Origin: Podarcis muralis
Taxonomy: Eukaryota
DNA length: 63,360 nt
NCBI RefSeq assembly: GCF_964188315.1
Contig: NC_135656.1
Coordinates: forward strand, 39,680,001 to 39,743,360
Direction: 5' to 3'
The position numbers and the translations under genes are program-made. A model generated the notes under the pieces. That model was not told the DNA's origin. It saw only the letters and a program-made list of their open reading frames with translations, and did not search any database. Below, in pieces: positions 40,987-55,690 of the stretch (its first letter is position 1; each line of letters opens with the position of its first letter).

Positions 40987-42515
40987 TAAGTCCACGATCA
41001 TGTTGCTATTCAGCACTGGAAGACAGTATTTAGCTGTCTCAAAACAATAAAATATAAACGCAGTTTAACCAGTTCATTGTAACAAAAGCCCTTGATTCAA
41101 AGGATTTATAGTCTCTCACATGAATTAGGTGCCAAAAAAAAGCCTCTGTGGTTTTGGTTTGGTTTTGTAATACTGACTGCTGCCCACTGCCCAGGATGAG
41201 TAGAGTGCCGTATGAATGCATAGCAATTGTGCAGGGCATGGATACTTGATTCTTACTCACAAGGGATTGCCTTCCCACCAAAGCTATCATTGAATGGTTC
41301 TTTCCCAGACTGACAGACAATTTTTGGGAAGCCCTGCTGTGTCAGTGGCAGCTTGATCTAAATGAGCAGGAAAGCAGCCTTTTTATTTCACTGTCCTGCA
41401 GTCCCTGTTGATGGCATGAGGTTAGAGGGGCTCTGCCCCAGCCAAACGCTATTAGAGACAAATGTCAGTGAGCTTTGGACAGAAAAAGCTCTCTGATTAT
41501 TCGCTCCATTCAGGCGTATCTTTCCCCAGTAAGCTTTTAGTCACTCCCACTGCCTGCGAGATGTAATCCTTGCAGAGCCAAGGGGGAGGCATGTTGCATA
41601 TTCCTTAAGATTACATGGTGTACCAAATAATACACAGACAGTGGCTCTTCGCTATGCAAAGGTCATGGGCTTCCTTGACACAGGTTGCTTCTCCTTCCTG
41701 CCATAATGTGATGGTGATTTAAATAATAGTAATAATGACAGACAGCATCTTTTAAAACTAAACTGGCTCTGCAGAAGCAGAGGCCTAAGAAAATGGTTCC
41801 CATAGCTCAGTGGAGGAGCGAATTCCATTTTATTACCATTTTATTTTTGTACCCTATCCTTCAGCAGGTTCCTATTATGCCTCCCATGCATCATTTTCCA
41901 CATTCAGTTCTTGGTATATTGTGTTGAATAGGAGCTGAATGAGCAGGGCTGGGAAAGACCTTTACCCGAGACCTCAAAGATCCACTGCCAGCCCAAATAG
42001 ACCAGTGGCATATGTTCATAATTTGATTTCTGGAATAGTGCCTCTTTGTTGTCCACTATGCAGGCAGCAGAAAGCAGCTCTCAAGGTAGACACACTGATT
42101 ACTGCTATGGCTTTGGGTATGTTCTATGTTCAAAAATGTGCAGCTGTTTCTCTGTGCTTCCTTTCTTGAAGTGAAGTTAAAAAAAATGTAGGGTGGCATA
42201 TGCTGCACTCTGGCTCATCTGTATGTAGCTTATGAAGGGCCCTGGCTTGGTAACTGAAAAGCAAGTGAAATAACCTGTTCTGTAAAGTAACAATATTCTC
42301 TGTCTTCAGCAGAAGCTGGTTGTGTGCCCTTGGGCACTCTTGAGGTGGTGGTTCAGAGCACTGCCAAAGACAAGGCAGCTGTGCAAATTTTCATGGAATT
42401 TACTTGTTTTGTGAATATGAGCTGGCTTTGACAGCCTTTTGCCTTACAGGGTGGTACATCAAGCACACCACGTATATCCTGTTCATACCTCATCAAAGTT
42501 CTCTCCTAACTCCCG

Positions 42516-42519
<4 letters not shown>

Positions 42520-42548
<29 letters not shown>
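42520..42548. repeat. (CA)n microsatellite
   Basis: Direct reading. Confidence 0.93.
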
Positions 42549-42553
<5 letters not shown>

Positions 42554-44845
42554 GGTTTTAGAAATGGATAAAACACACCAGCTGGATCATCAGGTCCCAG
42601 GCTATGTCTGCAAACAGGAAAAAAAAATCTGCTTATGACTTGTCAACAGAGCAGATGTTACACTAAGGGAAATTGAACATATTGTCTCCCGTGGGATCTG
42701 TCACTGTCACACAGGTACTCTTCAGAGTGTGACTGCATTGAATTTCCAAGGGCGGGTGGGGGAAACGTGCCCCTGTTTTTCTATTGCACATTGTGGAAAA
42801 AAAGTCTCCCCTTCTGGAATTAAATATTGCAGAGTCAATACTGCAGAATATTGTTTCCTGGATGAAAGAAGCCTTTCCAAATTCCAGATGCAAACATCTA
42901 GTCCATGTAGAAAGTGCTTCAAGTTTTACATCTCCCTAGCATGAACATGGCTTTTAATATTAGGCCTTTAGCTGTACCTCACCTATTGCAATAGCAAAGG
43001 ATATTTGCACATCACGGCTTCTGGGGTCAATTTAGTAATATGGAAAATTGGTAAATAACAGCCAGCCCTATTACAGGCAAGTAGTTGTGTTTTTCCATAA
43101 AAATCTCTCAAGCCCTATAATATTGGCTTTCACAGAGTGTTCTGCCAGCTCCTCAAAGAGTTGACACTTGACTTATTTTTATGTCTCATGAAGTGGTGCA
43201 AACCTAAGAAAGGCATGTCCAGAGCGTAAATAGGTATAAAAAATATAATTCATATTTTTAAAAGCAAGTTCTGCATTCACAAGACAAGATTTTCCATTTG
43301 GATTTTAATGTTTTCATGTTCGCTTAGTTTGGAGAGATTCGTTTGGAGCTCATCACAATCCCTTTTTGTTTTAAGCACCGTGAACTATTTGGTATCACCA
43401 AACATGGCTACTCACTCCTAACTCTAGATCACATTAATCCATGAAAATTGAAAAGGGGGGAACTTACTGTTATCGTCTGGTTCAAAAAAAATATGTTTCA
43501 GAAGTGTCACTGAACAATTGAGGAACATGCTTTTAAAAAACGTTTCAGTGTCCTGTTTTTGCTATTTTCTGTTTCAACAATGTTCAAAGTACAGCATCCT
43601 TTATAGCTCATCTGAAGTGGTAACAAAATTCCTGTCTTTTTCTCTTCCCTTCCCTCTGAACTTCATCATCAGTACATTCAGCTATCTTTACACATATACC
43701 TGAGCCAAGTGATCAAGTGATGAGCTTGCCTCCATTTCCAGGGTGCTAGATTCACATGACAAAACTCTGTCACTTCTTAACTAATGTTGTTGTGTAAATA
43801 TAGGTCCAAGTGTTACAAGATCAGTGCTTGAATGGGTTCACTGAAAGCTGCATGTATTCAAAAGAACATTTTTTCTTGGCTCAGAAGCTTGTGAGAAAAA
43901 TCTGATAAACATTGCATTCCACTAAATTAAATCGGCAAAATCCACAATTGGGTTTGTAAAGCTGGTAAAATCATGTTCCAGCTTATCAAATTGTTGGCCT
44001 GGTCCATTTAATTAAAAGTTAAATTGAAGGCAGACATTTATTCCTTCTCCGCATTCTAACACGATCCGTGCACATCCATGCTTAGGCTTATTTTGCAATT
44101 GTGTATAAAACACTATGAGGTGACTGGTCTGTGTGGGGCTATAAAAATCTACACCAAACATTTAGATGCTTTATTAAAAATAGTTTCTTCCCCACTGTCA
44201 AGAGTTGACGTAGCCAGATCTGGAACTTTAGTGAAACCCATAGTTTAAGCTTCTAGGATTCCGATAAATTCTGCTAAATCAGGGCAATAAATTTTGAACA
44301 CAAATTTCTGTTGAAAGTATTACATTGTGTAATTAAAGCTTGGGTAATATGTAGGCATGTTTCTTTCCCTATGCTATAAACAATGTAATAGTTGTGTGTG
44401 TCTGTCTCTAGGTGAATGTTTAGCTTTAACATGCCTAATGGCAACTTGCATACACACCTGCCTAAATTCCCAGGAAGGGAAGCTCCGCTGCCTATATAGC
44501 TTCCTCAAATTCCCTCAACGCCCCCTGGCAGGAGCGAGAAGACAAAAGCTAAGTCAAGACCAGTCTGCATTGGACTGCACCTGACCTGTTTTGCCTGCTG
44601 GTCAAATTTGCTGATTGTTCTCTGTACACCAGTGAAGAAGTTATGCTCTAGTAGGTGTTTGCTAAATGTACATTTATTCTGTGGTTATCACTGTTGCCCG
44701 ATTTAAGATTTCTTAATAAAAAAGAATTATCGGGAAAGCATTGGATAAAAAGGTAACAGTAATAAAAATCTGCCCTCAGATCCTTTCACTAACATATTTT
44801 TACATTTTCTTGTTTGTTTGTTTGTTTGTTCTTCTTTTTTTACAG

Positions 44846-45078
44846 CCCTTTGCTTGCTGTGTCTTTTGCTGCCTCCTGTGCTGTTCCAGGAATAGCTCTG
44901 CTCACCTTCGGAGTAAATCCTCTTACTGCAGCCCTGGGAGCCTTCAACATCATCCTGTACACATGCTGTTACACACCGCTGAAAAGAATTAGCATTGTCA
45001 ATACATGGGTAGGAGCTGTGGTTGGTGCTATTCCCCCAATTATGGGTTGGACAGCAGCAACCGGCAGTCTGGATGCAG
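44846..45078 (+). CDS. COX10: COX10 coding exon (equivalent to exon 6, 233 nt)
   Basis: Acceptor tttacag at 44845, donor CAG|GTGAGA at 45079. Encodes [77 protein letters not shown](G), including YTPLKR and [13 protein letters not shown] motifs. Phase fits the previous exon. Confidence 0.98.
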
Positions 45079-48000
45079 GTGAGAATTACTCTGGGGGGGA
45101 AATGGGACCATGACGAGGAAGAGAATTGAGTGTCTTCCTCTTAGGGCAAATTGAATGACTTCATTCCCAATAGAGAGATGTCCTTTTAACCAATGCCCAT
45201 TAGTATCATTTGCATTATCTAGGATCTGCATATTTCACTGTGTACTGCATGACTCTCTCTTCCACTGACTTGGCATTTTGCAGTAAAAAAACCCAAGACT
45301 GTCTTAGGTTCAGGACCCATTCAGTTCAGTCATAGGCCAACAGGGGTGTGTAGACTGCATAATGACTTGCCTGCCTGGTGCAAAGGTTGTAGAAGTCACG
45401 TTTCATCTAGTTAGACTGGTAGATACCGTCAGAGTGAAGATGACAGTCATGGTGCACGTCAGCACCAGTGAAATGGGGAAATGTAGTTGTGCAGTATTGG
45501 AAGCAAACTTTAGGTGGGTAAGCAAGAAGCTGAAATTCAGAATTGCTTCCTCCAGAATTCTACCTGCCCTATTTGCAGTGCCAGGTAGACAGGCAAAGAG
45601 CTGAGGCATTTCAATGCATGCCTAAGATTGCAGTGTCAAAGGACAGCTTTTGACTTCTTAGGCACTGGAGAAGGTTTTGTAATAAGCCAAGCGTATACAA
45701 AAGGGACAGGTTCCGCTTGAACCAAAAAGGAGCCAGGCTACTAGCACTTAGGATCAAAACAATGGCAGAGAGTAGGAATAAATTGACTGTTCTCACAGTG
45801 GAGGGATGAGAAAAGTGTGCTCTATTAGAACCAGTACTTTTTAACTTGCTCATAATTAAACTTGCATTAGAGCTAAGCAGTGAGGTGGCCAAGTGGTAAA
45901 AGCAAAAAAGAGTTCCAGGAGTTCCAAAATGATCTTTCTTAACTGGATGAACTGGCAATAAAATGACAAGCGCAGTTTAGTGTAAGTCAGCATGAAGTGA
46001 CTTACATCGGGGGAAAACATCCCTAATTCTCCTAACAACTATCCCTATTCAGCTGCTGAAGACTAGTGCTTAAAGGTCTGAAAAATGGGGAGCCTGGTTC
46101 CGTGCATGTAGGCACAGGATTCTAAACCACTCAAGGAGCCCTCAGATCTTTAGGACACAGGGCAGGGCCAGAGTGCAGCCCTGCTCTCCTCTCTCTTAGT
46201 TGTAATCATGTGAAAGGATAATGATTAAAGAGAGCTGCTAAGTTGGTCTTAGTGGCCCCCGAATAGCAGTTGCTAGGGAACAATTGTCCTGCTTTTGAGC
46301 TTTCCATTGGTCCAAAATTGAGCTAGTACTAGCCCTCATACTAATAACACTGCAAATGGACAAACTTTGTTGAGATCACAACTTGGGATGGAAGGATTGA
46401 AGCTGCAGGTCTCTCCCCTGCACCTGTTACTATTTTTTTTAATTAAAAAAAACTTGCCATGCTTCCAAGTGATGCATTTAGTGTTGTGTGCAGTTTGGCC
46501 CTCAGGCATATGTAAGTGCAAGCCTTTATCCTTCTCTCCCTCTTCTGTGCTCACATGCTCTGTGTTTCTACAGGAACTATTCTTCACCGAGTCAGCCAAA
46601 AGTCAACCAGGATTATGTGACTCCTCCTAGTTGAAGATCAAACATAACCTTCGGTTTTGCAGTGCTCTTGTGATTCTCTTTGCAGTGTGTGTCACGATAG
46701 GATCTCAAATTCATGCAACAAGATCAGATAAATGTTGTGTTAGCTCAGTGGGCCTGCTCCCTTCACTGATGCTGCTGCTTTTGAAGCAAAGGCTACAGAG
46801 ACCTGAAAATGCAGGGTCAGTCTTAATGAAGCTTCCTGAGGTGATCAGCCTTTGGGGGGGCATGTTGTATTCTTCTTAGCATTGCAAAGCATTTGTTGTT
46901 CTAGGCACAAGTGATCAGAGTAATAGAAAGGAGAGACAATGTGAACAGATTCAGTTATGAACCAGGGGAACATGGTAGAGAAAATCAAGATGAAAATGCA
47001 AGAAGGTCATAACTATAGCCTTTCTGCAGTGAAGGAGACAAAGAAGTTTAATTCAGATGATTAACTCATATTAGAAGCTGTGTGTCCTCTGTGACATGAC
47101 TAGTGAATGCTCAACAACCAAAGCAGGGCTTCTGCTGTACAGTTGTCATGTTCACTTATCTGCACTGTGTTTCTGGCTGCAATTACAAGTCCTGTGGCTT
47201 CTGCTGCCTCTCTGCCTTCCCCTCTGTTTTCCATCTCACTAAAACCAAACCCAAATTCCTTGAAAATCTCACTGTTAAGAGGTACAGATACCTTGCTAAG
47301 CAAATACATGCCGTGTTGGTAATATACACAGATAACTCTGACCATGGAGTTTTGATTATTCCCTAATACAGAATCTGAATTTTATTTTGTTTCTTGATCT
47401 GAAAAATGCTCAACCCTATCTGTCTCTCTCCAAGTGTCAGAAACTAGCACCAAATGTTGGCTTCCGCAAGCAGGACTTGTTAGTTGAATCTAGGCCAATT
47501 ATACATGTTATTTATATACATAACTCTGAGTAGTTATGGCAGTGCTCATGAAGTTATTACAGTAAGTGCCACATTTTTTAATATTTGGGAGGAGGGAGAG
47601 GTCCCTGTACTGCATACCCTTGAGTACCCCGGGGGGGGGGGGAGCACTGGAATAGGTAATAGTGGCCAATCTCAGAAGAAGCTTTTTAGCCCATGTTCTC
47701 TCATAATAACTAAGCATTGGATCTTCTCTGCCCCTTCCCACTCAAAATGCTCAACCATAGGCTTATTTGCAGGAGGGCGGGGGGAGATATCCATGCACAG
47801 AAACTATTTCTTTGATTAAAGGCTCATGCCTGCAGTTGGTTGATAGTTTCATATAGATGTTAGGAATGCCTTTTGGTATGGACAAGCTGAGTATGCCATC
47901 TGCTTCCACATCATGTGAGCCACATCTCTGGAACCCATTAATGTTTCCTAATTAACTAGCTGAAGCAACCTGGCTTTAGGTAGAAGCGTGGGAATACATT

Positions 48001-50559
48001 TGCACCTTGTTAAAAAGAAGGGGAAAGAGCCTACCCTACTGAGCAGCGATAAGGAACGTAAAGCTGGGGAGAAAGAAATTTTAAGGCTGCTCATAGTGCT
48101 TGCCATGTTTTACTTTTTATTGGGGAGCTTCTTCTCAAGAAAGCAGTCCAATTCTATTTCTGGTTGTTACACTAAAGCCAGTCATGCAAGGTGAATCACT
48201 TCTTCATCCTTCCTTCATTTTACTATCAAAACTGTCTCCTGCTTCTCCAGGGAGGTGGGGAGGAGAGGGCATCTAGCCAATGCTGCCGCCGTTGCTCAAG
48301 CAGACTGTATGTTTACTTGATCAGTTCCAGTCTCGAGCGCTTGCCACATCATATAACTTTTTCCTAGGGAGCAGTTCAGGATCAAAATGTGAACCTTTCT
48401 CTGTGAGCATTGGTTGGCTAAAATTGGCCAGGTTTAAACTGACAACGCTCAGAGTCAATTTTATCGTCAACTGTGGTAGCAGAAATTGCACAAGTGTTAA
48501 ATTTAATCAGGTTCATGGGCTGGGACCAGCATCTCTCAGCAGGGCGAATGCATGCACTTGCCAAGGCAGGTACAGAGAATTTCACTCCCCGAAAGGGAAC
48601 CCCATCTCCAGTATCTCCCCCCCCCCCCCCCGTATCAAGGAGGAAGAACATTATCATGACAGGAAATGGGAGGCTGGTGGAAAATGCCAAAAGAACAAAG
48701 CAGTCTCATTTTTACAGAAGCAGTAAGACTCAGATCAAGCTTCTCTCTTGCTGGCAGGAGATCATGGCTTGTGTTTAGTAACACGGCCAAAAAGAGGAAT
48801 ATTAATAATATGCCCTTTTTTAAAGAAGAAGAAGTTTAAATATTGTAATGGGGAATTTCATACTGTGTGTTGTACAGCCTGGGACTCAGTCTTGGCATTA
48901 CCACATTTCCTTGTGAAAGCAATAGGGTCTGGTATCCTTTCAGGAGTGGTGGCTAGCTCCCAGCATCTGAAGTGTACTCAGGAGACTGCAGAACATAGCA
49001 ACCCGGTGCCATGAAAGCACATCCAATTCTGAGCCACCCAGTTTGCTTGAAGTGACAAGCGGGGATCTCTGCCATAATGTGCTTTATCAGTTAAGGGGAT
49101 TTACTCTGGGTAGGCGGTGGTGGCAGAGCAGATAACAGCCTCGCAAATGTAACAGACGTTAGAGACCCACAGTGGCCTGGAGCCATTGGTATTACTGCTC
49201 CCAAGAATGTTTATCTCAAGAGACTATTTAGTTTATCTCAGATGCCCCACTTTTACCTTCTGTTTTCCTGAAAGACATCTTGTCCTGATTTTCATTCATT
49301 TTCTGAAAATTTAAATAATTCCTGGGGCTATGGAATTTATAGACTGCCTGTGTATGTACCAACGGTAATCACGCAGAGGCTGATTTTCAAATTGCCTTGA
49401 CTTTGTAATTCAAATTGGGTTGTGGGCTAGACATTAATTATGTCAGCCAACATCTATTTACAACCGGGGGATTTTAAACTGGGCAGTTCTTATCAGCAAG
49501 TGACATTTGGCAGATGGATGGGTTTAGCAACAAAACAGTGAGGAGAGAGGAAAAGGACAATTGTGTAGAGCCCTTCCTCATTTGTATAGCCCTTGTCTGC
49601 CCGGAAGGAGAGCAGTAAAGAGAGGACCTCACTTTGTTCAGAATAAGTGACACTGAACTTTGTTCCTATTTCCTTCAATTTTTTTTTTAAAATTAACTGG
49701 ATCATGTTTTGAACAGCCTGCTGGCGAAATGTGTAACTGAGCAGGTTTAGAGAAAAAGACAAATTTTTGCCTGGAGCAAATTATCCTGGCTGTAGAAATA
49801 AAGGCCTAGAGATGTGGGCTGGCATTGATTGACCTTAGCAGAGGCTTGAGACTTCTCTTCCTCTTCAAAATGATGATCCAAGAAGCCTCTTACTCAGTTT
49901 TTACAAAAGACAGAGGTATGTCACCATTGATCTGTGAGCATAGGATACACAAAGGCAGAGGGCCCCATTGCTCCATGTAGTAAATGTGGAGGCAGATGGG
50001 CAGGGCTAGTAGGCAGCTGTTTTAAATTTAATAAGACAAAAGTCAGTCGATTATTTGCCTCCCCCACCCACGCTTTCTTTTGCAGACACAAAAGCGATAG
50101 TGATTCTGCTATTGGGACACCTGAGGGACTGATGCAATCAAAGTCGAAGCCCACTCAGTAAATTCATTGTCACCTACACACTGTACACAGCTGTGTTAAG
50201 TTCCAAGTGCTTTCATCTTCCAAATAAAGAATATTCAATGGGACAGCTGCTCCAGTTCACCTCACCTCCCAAATATGCATTATGAAGTAACCAGTAGGGG
50301 GCACCAGAGTAGTAGCAGGAAAATTGCATTGGCTTAAGAAAAGGCAGTGTTTGAGGTTTAGAGAGCTAAAATTAACTTTTTTAAGTTGTGTTGAGTTAAA
50401 AAAAGTGTTAAAAATATCCTCTTGCAAGCAAGTTGGTGAACTTCCCTTAGTGCCTTGCAAAAATATGGCCCTTCCTGTCTTGCAGCCTTGCTGGAACTTC
50501 CAGTCATCTCCCACCTTAACTGCTACAGTCTTTGCATCTCTACGATCACATTCCCACCT

Positions 50560-50950
50560 ACTCCCTTGCCTCTGACCAAAATCATTCACCTCTGTCATCA
50601 CTGAGACCACATGACACCCTTTCTTACCTCCTCCATTCCTGGATCTAGCACAAACATTTGTCCTTGCCTTCATTACTCTGCCTCCCCTGATTATTCTGCC
50701 TGCATATCCATCCCCATAATCTTCACTCTTCCATCTCCACCATCCTTTGTCCGTCCCCCACATCTTCAATGCCTAGAACTGCCTCCAGAAACCATCTGAT
50801 GCTGCATCTTATTTCCTTCAGACCCTTTCCCCAAATTCAGTTTCCTTGAAGAACTTCGACACAGACACTTATTGTTCTTCCTCTGCTGAAACCAAGCCTA
50901 AGCACTTGTAATGAAGCTCAAGGCATATCCTGCCCATGTTCACCCTTACT
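50560..50950 (+). mobile_element. Possible ancient L2 remnant
   Basis: Pyrimidine-rich stretch with tttgtccttgccttcattactctgcctcccctgattattctg, resembling the L2 LVHALIISRLDYCN region at the DNA level. Heavily decayed. Confidence 0.4.
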
Positions 50951-51679
50951 GCCAGTTTATGTCTCTCCTTCTATTCTTCCCATCCACCCCACGGCAAGTC
51001 TTAAGATGATAAGCTGATCAGGGCGCTGTGTTTTTTTAATTCTCCATAGGGAACTATGCATATTGATGGTGCTGTATAAATGATAACTGTTAAATGCCGT
51101 CATCATTTCCTCGCTACACCTGGACATGATTTCAAAACAGTGGTAATTGGAAACAGCTGAGACTTGCCTTGACTGGATTGTGGTCAAACTTCTATGCTTC
51201 AAATTCACAACCTTTATTTTGACTGTGTTTTTGGTCTTCATGGCCACTGCTACATTCAGAGGCACCAACATGATATATGGGTACCATAGAAGAAGTAAGA
51301 CTTTGAATATTGCAAACGGCTTGTTTGCCACTAGCATATATAACGACTAAGATGTAGCAGATGCTGGAGAAGGAGAGATGCAAAGGAGCATGCGTGGCAA
51401 AGTAACATGCAGTCAACATCTTCTACGGAAGATTAATGCCTTGTTCTGCACTTCACCACATGCCCACCCCTTCCTTGTGAACCCTCCTGAATGTTGGTGC
51501 TCTTATCCACCTATTGGACCTGGTGTTGATTTAAATAAAGTTTCTCACTTTCTCATTCATATGTTTCCCAATCAACCACAATCTAATTGGTTGTGGTAAC
51601 AAATAAAACATGTTTTAAACTTGGCGACTATGATTCATGCATTGCTAACTTTACAATTGGACTCCTATAATTTGTTCTT

Positions 51680-52060
51680 TGTGGGACTTCCCCTAAGACT
51701 GGTCTGGAGGCTTTTGGAGAATCCTGTGCCCAGGTGGTTGAGTGGAACACCTTGATGCACACATAATTTTACACTTGTGCAGCTAGCCAGTCATGTACAA
51801 GGTCTTGTTACTAACATATAAAACCCTGAACAACTCAGGGCCAGGTTACCTGAAAGACTTCCTTCCCTGTCTGCAAGAAGATTTAGATCATCTGGGGAAA
51901 ATTTACTTGTGGCACCACATCCTACAAAACATCACAAGGCACCCTACAGAATAACACAAAACAGGTATTTTCCATCATTGCCCCTACACTTGATCTCCAT
52001 ATGTGTCTATGAGAGAGAGAACCTTTGTACTCAAAACTTGCTGAAAATTCACTTGACTGT
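51680..52060 (+). mobile_element. Decayed L2-clade fragment
   Basis: caaggtcttgttactaacatataaaaccctgaacaactcagggccaggttacctgaaagac resembles the 3' part of the LINE near 11060-11130. Confidence 0.55.
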
Positions 52061-55000
52061 TTCCATTTGGTTTCATCCAGGGATATAGATTCTGTTTAAA
52101 GAGATTGAGACTGCAATCTTATGGTCACTTTGGGCAGTAAGACCCATTTGAACTCGCTTCCCCCTTCCTCTCCTCTCCCATGCAGCTCCCTGCATGCCTC
52201 AAATATCTGCTCCAGAGCATCCCCCAACCCAAAGGTGAAGGAAGAAACGGAAAGGGGGTCCTGTTGTGTAATCAGATATATTTTAGATTTCCATCTATTC
52301 TTGTACCCTAGTATTTCTTCCTTTCTCCCACCACAAAACCTTCAGTCCTATTGAGTTATGCAAAATGCATCTTGACAAATTGCTGCATTCTGTCTTACAG
52401 TATTAAAAGTAGAGCAGAAATTGGATTTTTCTAACCACATAATTTGGAGGTCTTAACCGATCTCTCCATCCATCACTGCTATATCTTCCTTGCTTCAGTG
52501 TGAGCAGGTAGTGTGTTGTTTTTGCTGGATCAGCTTTTGCTGACGGGCATATTCACATGATGGAAACCTAATTCTGTAGGCAAAGATAAGGTTCAGTTAT
52601 ACTTCATCTCATTTTCCAGGTTGAACATGGAACAACTACAGCTACATAACCGCCAGCCGTGTTTATCCAAAGGCAAATGGGTGCAGCTGGATTTGCTCTT
52701 GTTTTCCAGCTCTAATCTCCCTCATCTGGACCAAGGAGGAGTAATTTGTTTTAGCATCTTTTTAGCTAAGAGTAGCTGGTTTGTTACCATACCAAGATAG
52801 AAGAAAACAACCACACACAGTTCTAAGTACAGGCCATTAATGGCTAAACTTAGACTTCAAAATCCCTATAACGTCTTACATAAACTTAAACATTTAATTT
52901 ATTTCCTAGAGAGACAAGAAGCTGGTGCTTCCCGCCCCCGCCCCCCACCTCCACTCTTAACCTCCCCCTCATGTGTCAGTCAGCTACCAGAATCTGGAAA
53001 TGATTTTTAAATTCCTTCATATTATTCAAGGCAGAAGAATTACCAAAATTGTGCTCTAAGCAAAACAGCATTCTTGGGTTGCCAAGGCAGTAAACAATGG
53101 CTTTAGGAAATGCAATAAGACTTCAACATCTGTTTTGGAGCTGGTATTTTAACCATTCTGTGTTTATTTTACATGCCTGGTTGGTGATCTCTGTCATACA
53201 TCTGTGAAGCCAAAAACCAAGACAATGAAAGAGGTAGCAAGTCAGTTTGGAGCTCCAACTATAAGCCTGGTTTTCCATGCTGAGTTTTTAACATAAAAGT
53301 GCTTCTGGCTTTTGTCTTAAGTTTGTGAATGATAACATAGTTTAGCAAATCATGCTACCATTACAAGACTTTTTGCATACACCTAGGACAGTCATGAGTT
53401 TTAAAAGAACATCATTGTGCTTGACAGTTTTAGATAGAAAAGCACGGATATCCTGCACCTTCTGTCTCATGTGGAACCTTAAGGGTTGCTGAAAATATCC
53501 TCCTGAAACAGTAACACCACTCAACAATAGCAGAAGTACTAGATTAAGTAGCTGCACAGGTGAACCACAGGAAGTTGACTAACAGCCAAACTTGTCATGG
53601 CACCAAATGCATCATTGGTACCCATATTACATGGTCAGGATAGGAAACCCAACTGCTTCTCAGCAGCAGCAGTTCCGACAGTCTCCCAGCTCCCAAGAAG
53701 AAAATGGGAGCTTTCTTTTCAGGGCCAATACAGCCATGGGAAAAGGATCTCCATCAGTACTGCAATGAAGTATGAAAGGGCTGAACATCTGCTTCCTACT
53801 TCTGCAATCCTGACAAAATCAGACATCATCACCTGCGCCTAACATCACTTTTTAAAAAACAAGCATGCAGGCATATTATCAGTGTTGCACCTAGCATCAT
53901 GCTGTATGTAGTTCAGCCTTGAGGGGTCTTTTTCCATAATGCACACCTGAGTACACTTAAACTGGAATCCTAAACACAGTAGGGAGTAAGAACCATTTGG
54001 CAAAATCATACTGACTTACAAGTAATTTGGAATTTGGAAACACTTTCTCAGGGCAGCTGACACAGTGTAGTAAAAACAGTAAAAAATAATTTATACTCTC
54101 TTAAGATTTAGTTTAGAGTGCATTTTTTATAGCCTCATCCAAAGGAATTTGCACAGAGGAGGACATAAAGATTTATGCCACAGCTACTGAAGCACCATCC
54201 ACTGCATGGCAATTGAGATAGAGGCAGACAACGCTGTTCCAGTTGCTATTGAATCTCTGAATCTCCATGTAGGATTGCTAGGAGGCTCCTCCCAACTAAG
54301 CCTGCAAAATAGCACCAGTTGCTAGTAAGTACCCCCAGAGTGGGAACACAAGTGGCTATTTCTGTATCAGCACTTTGATTAATCCCAGCATCGCTACAAG
54401 TCTGCCCTGTCAGACAAAGGTTTTGAAAATGTAAAGATAGAGTCTGGACCCGGTTGCACCAAATGCCTAATTCTGTACTGCACAGCAAGAAACGAAGCCA
54501 TGCATGTTGCCATCAAGTTGACTTTGCAGTATCTCCTAGAAAGATTGCGTGAGAAGGCAGGCCCCTCATAAAACAACTCTCCTTGTTTGGCACATCAGTT
54601 GTCTGGTTTGGAGCTGGGAGTTTCACCTGAAATGTTGGTTGTTTTTTGACAAAGAAGTGAGAGTTGGAAGTTATTTCTGAGACAGCGTTAGGACATCTTG
54701 CCTTCTTGTTGCTCCTAGCATCCATCCCTTTGCAAACAAAATGGACTTTGATTCATCTTCTACGAGAAGGCATAACTCCACTGTAACAACATCACTTCAG
54801 AAGTTGAATCTGTGAAAATCAGTCAAGCTTTATTAAAGCGTAGGCCCTAAAGATGTCCCTTGTGAAACAGAATGAAGCAGATACTAATGGGCATCTGTGC
54901 TAAATTTCAGTGGAGCAGGATCTAGTCTTGTAGCATAAGTTTTTGAAAGACTGCAGTTGTGAGGAAATATTCCCATAGTTATATTCAGTGGATCTCTGGG

Positions 55001-55638
55001 CCTATTTTCCCCTTTAATTCTTGCTTCTGTATAAACTTTTAGGTGGTGTACAGGGATAGGTAACACAGAGACCCCGAATGTTGAAAGAACTGAAACAACC
55101 TTACAATTCTATGAATTTTTTACTCTTCAGTTTCAGGTTTCTGCCAAGCATTCATGGATCAACAGAAGGTCCTATGATACTGAATTCTAAGATGTATGGA
55201 GTGTACAGAACTGAGAAGTTAGTTACTTAACACTAGGCATTTTCAGCCCTCTGTAGCCCTACATTATGTGGCTGTTAGAGGGTTGGCAACATACATTTCT
55301 GCTTAGGAAACCTATGGCAAAATATAGCAAGGTAACATGCAGGTGGTGACTGGAATCTTCTCTAGATTTCTGCTGAGCAAACTTTAAAAAGCTTATACTA
55401 TTCAGTAGCCAAAGTTTATTGAATATTCCTCACTGTATTTGTTTCATATGTGTACCTTTGCGGAGTGGGTTCTGTGCAGAGCTGATGCACAGTCAGTTTG
55501 GACTGTGAAAATATATTGTGTGTAGTATAAAAAGGTGGAACCAAATGTGGAAACCAAAGGATAACATGTATCTTAAGTGTTTTCTACAACAAATGGAAAG
55601 TGTGTGTTTTTTAGTCACAGAAGAGTTTAAGATGTTAT

Positions 55639-55655
55639 ATACATACATACATACA

Positions 55656-55684
<29 letters not shown>
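55639..55684. repeat. (TACA)n microsatellite
   Basis: Direct reading. Confidence 0.95.

Positions 55685-55690
<6 letters not shown>

Noticed and set aside
39638-45078. Parallel with the mariner-like element near the human CMT1A-REP recombination hotspot
   Set aside because: The lizard element is a different, lineage-specific family, and Tc1/mariner MITEs are common throughout this window, so proximity to exon 6 is likely coincidence.
50257-50769. 170-aa minus-strand ORF
   Set aside because: It is the antisense reading of a pyrimidine-rich, probably L2-derived stretch and has no protein-like motifs.
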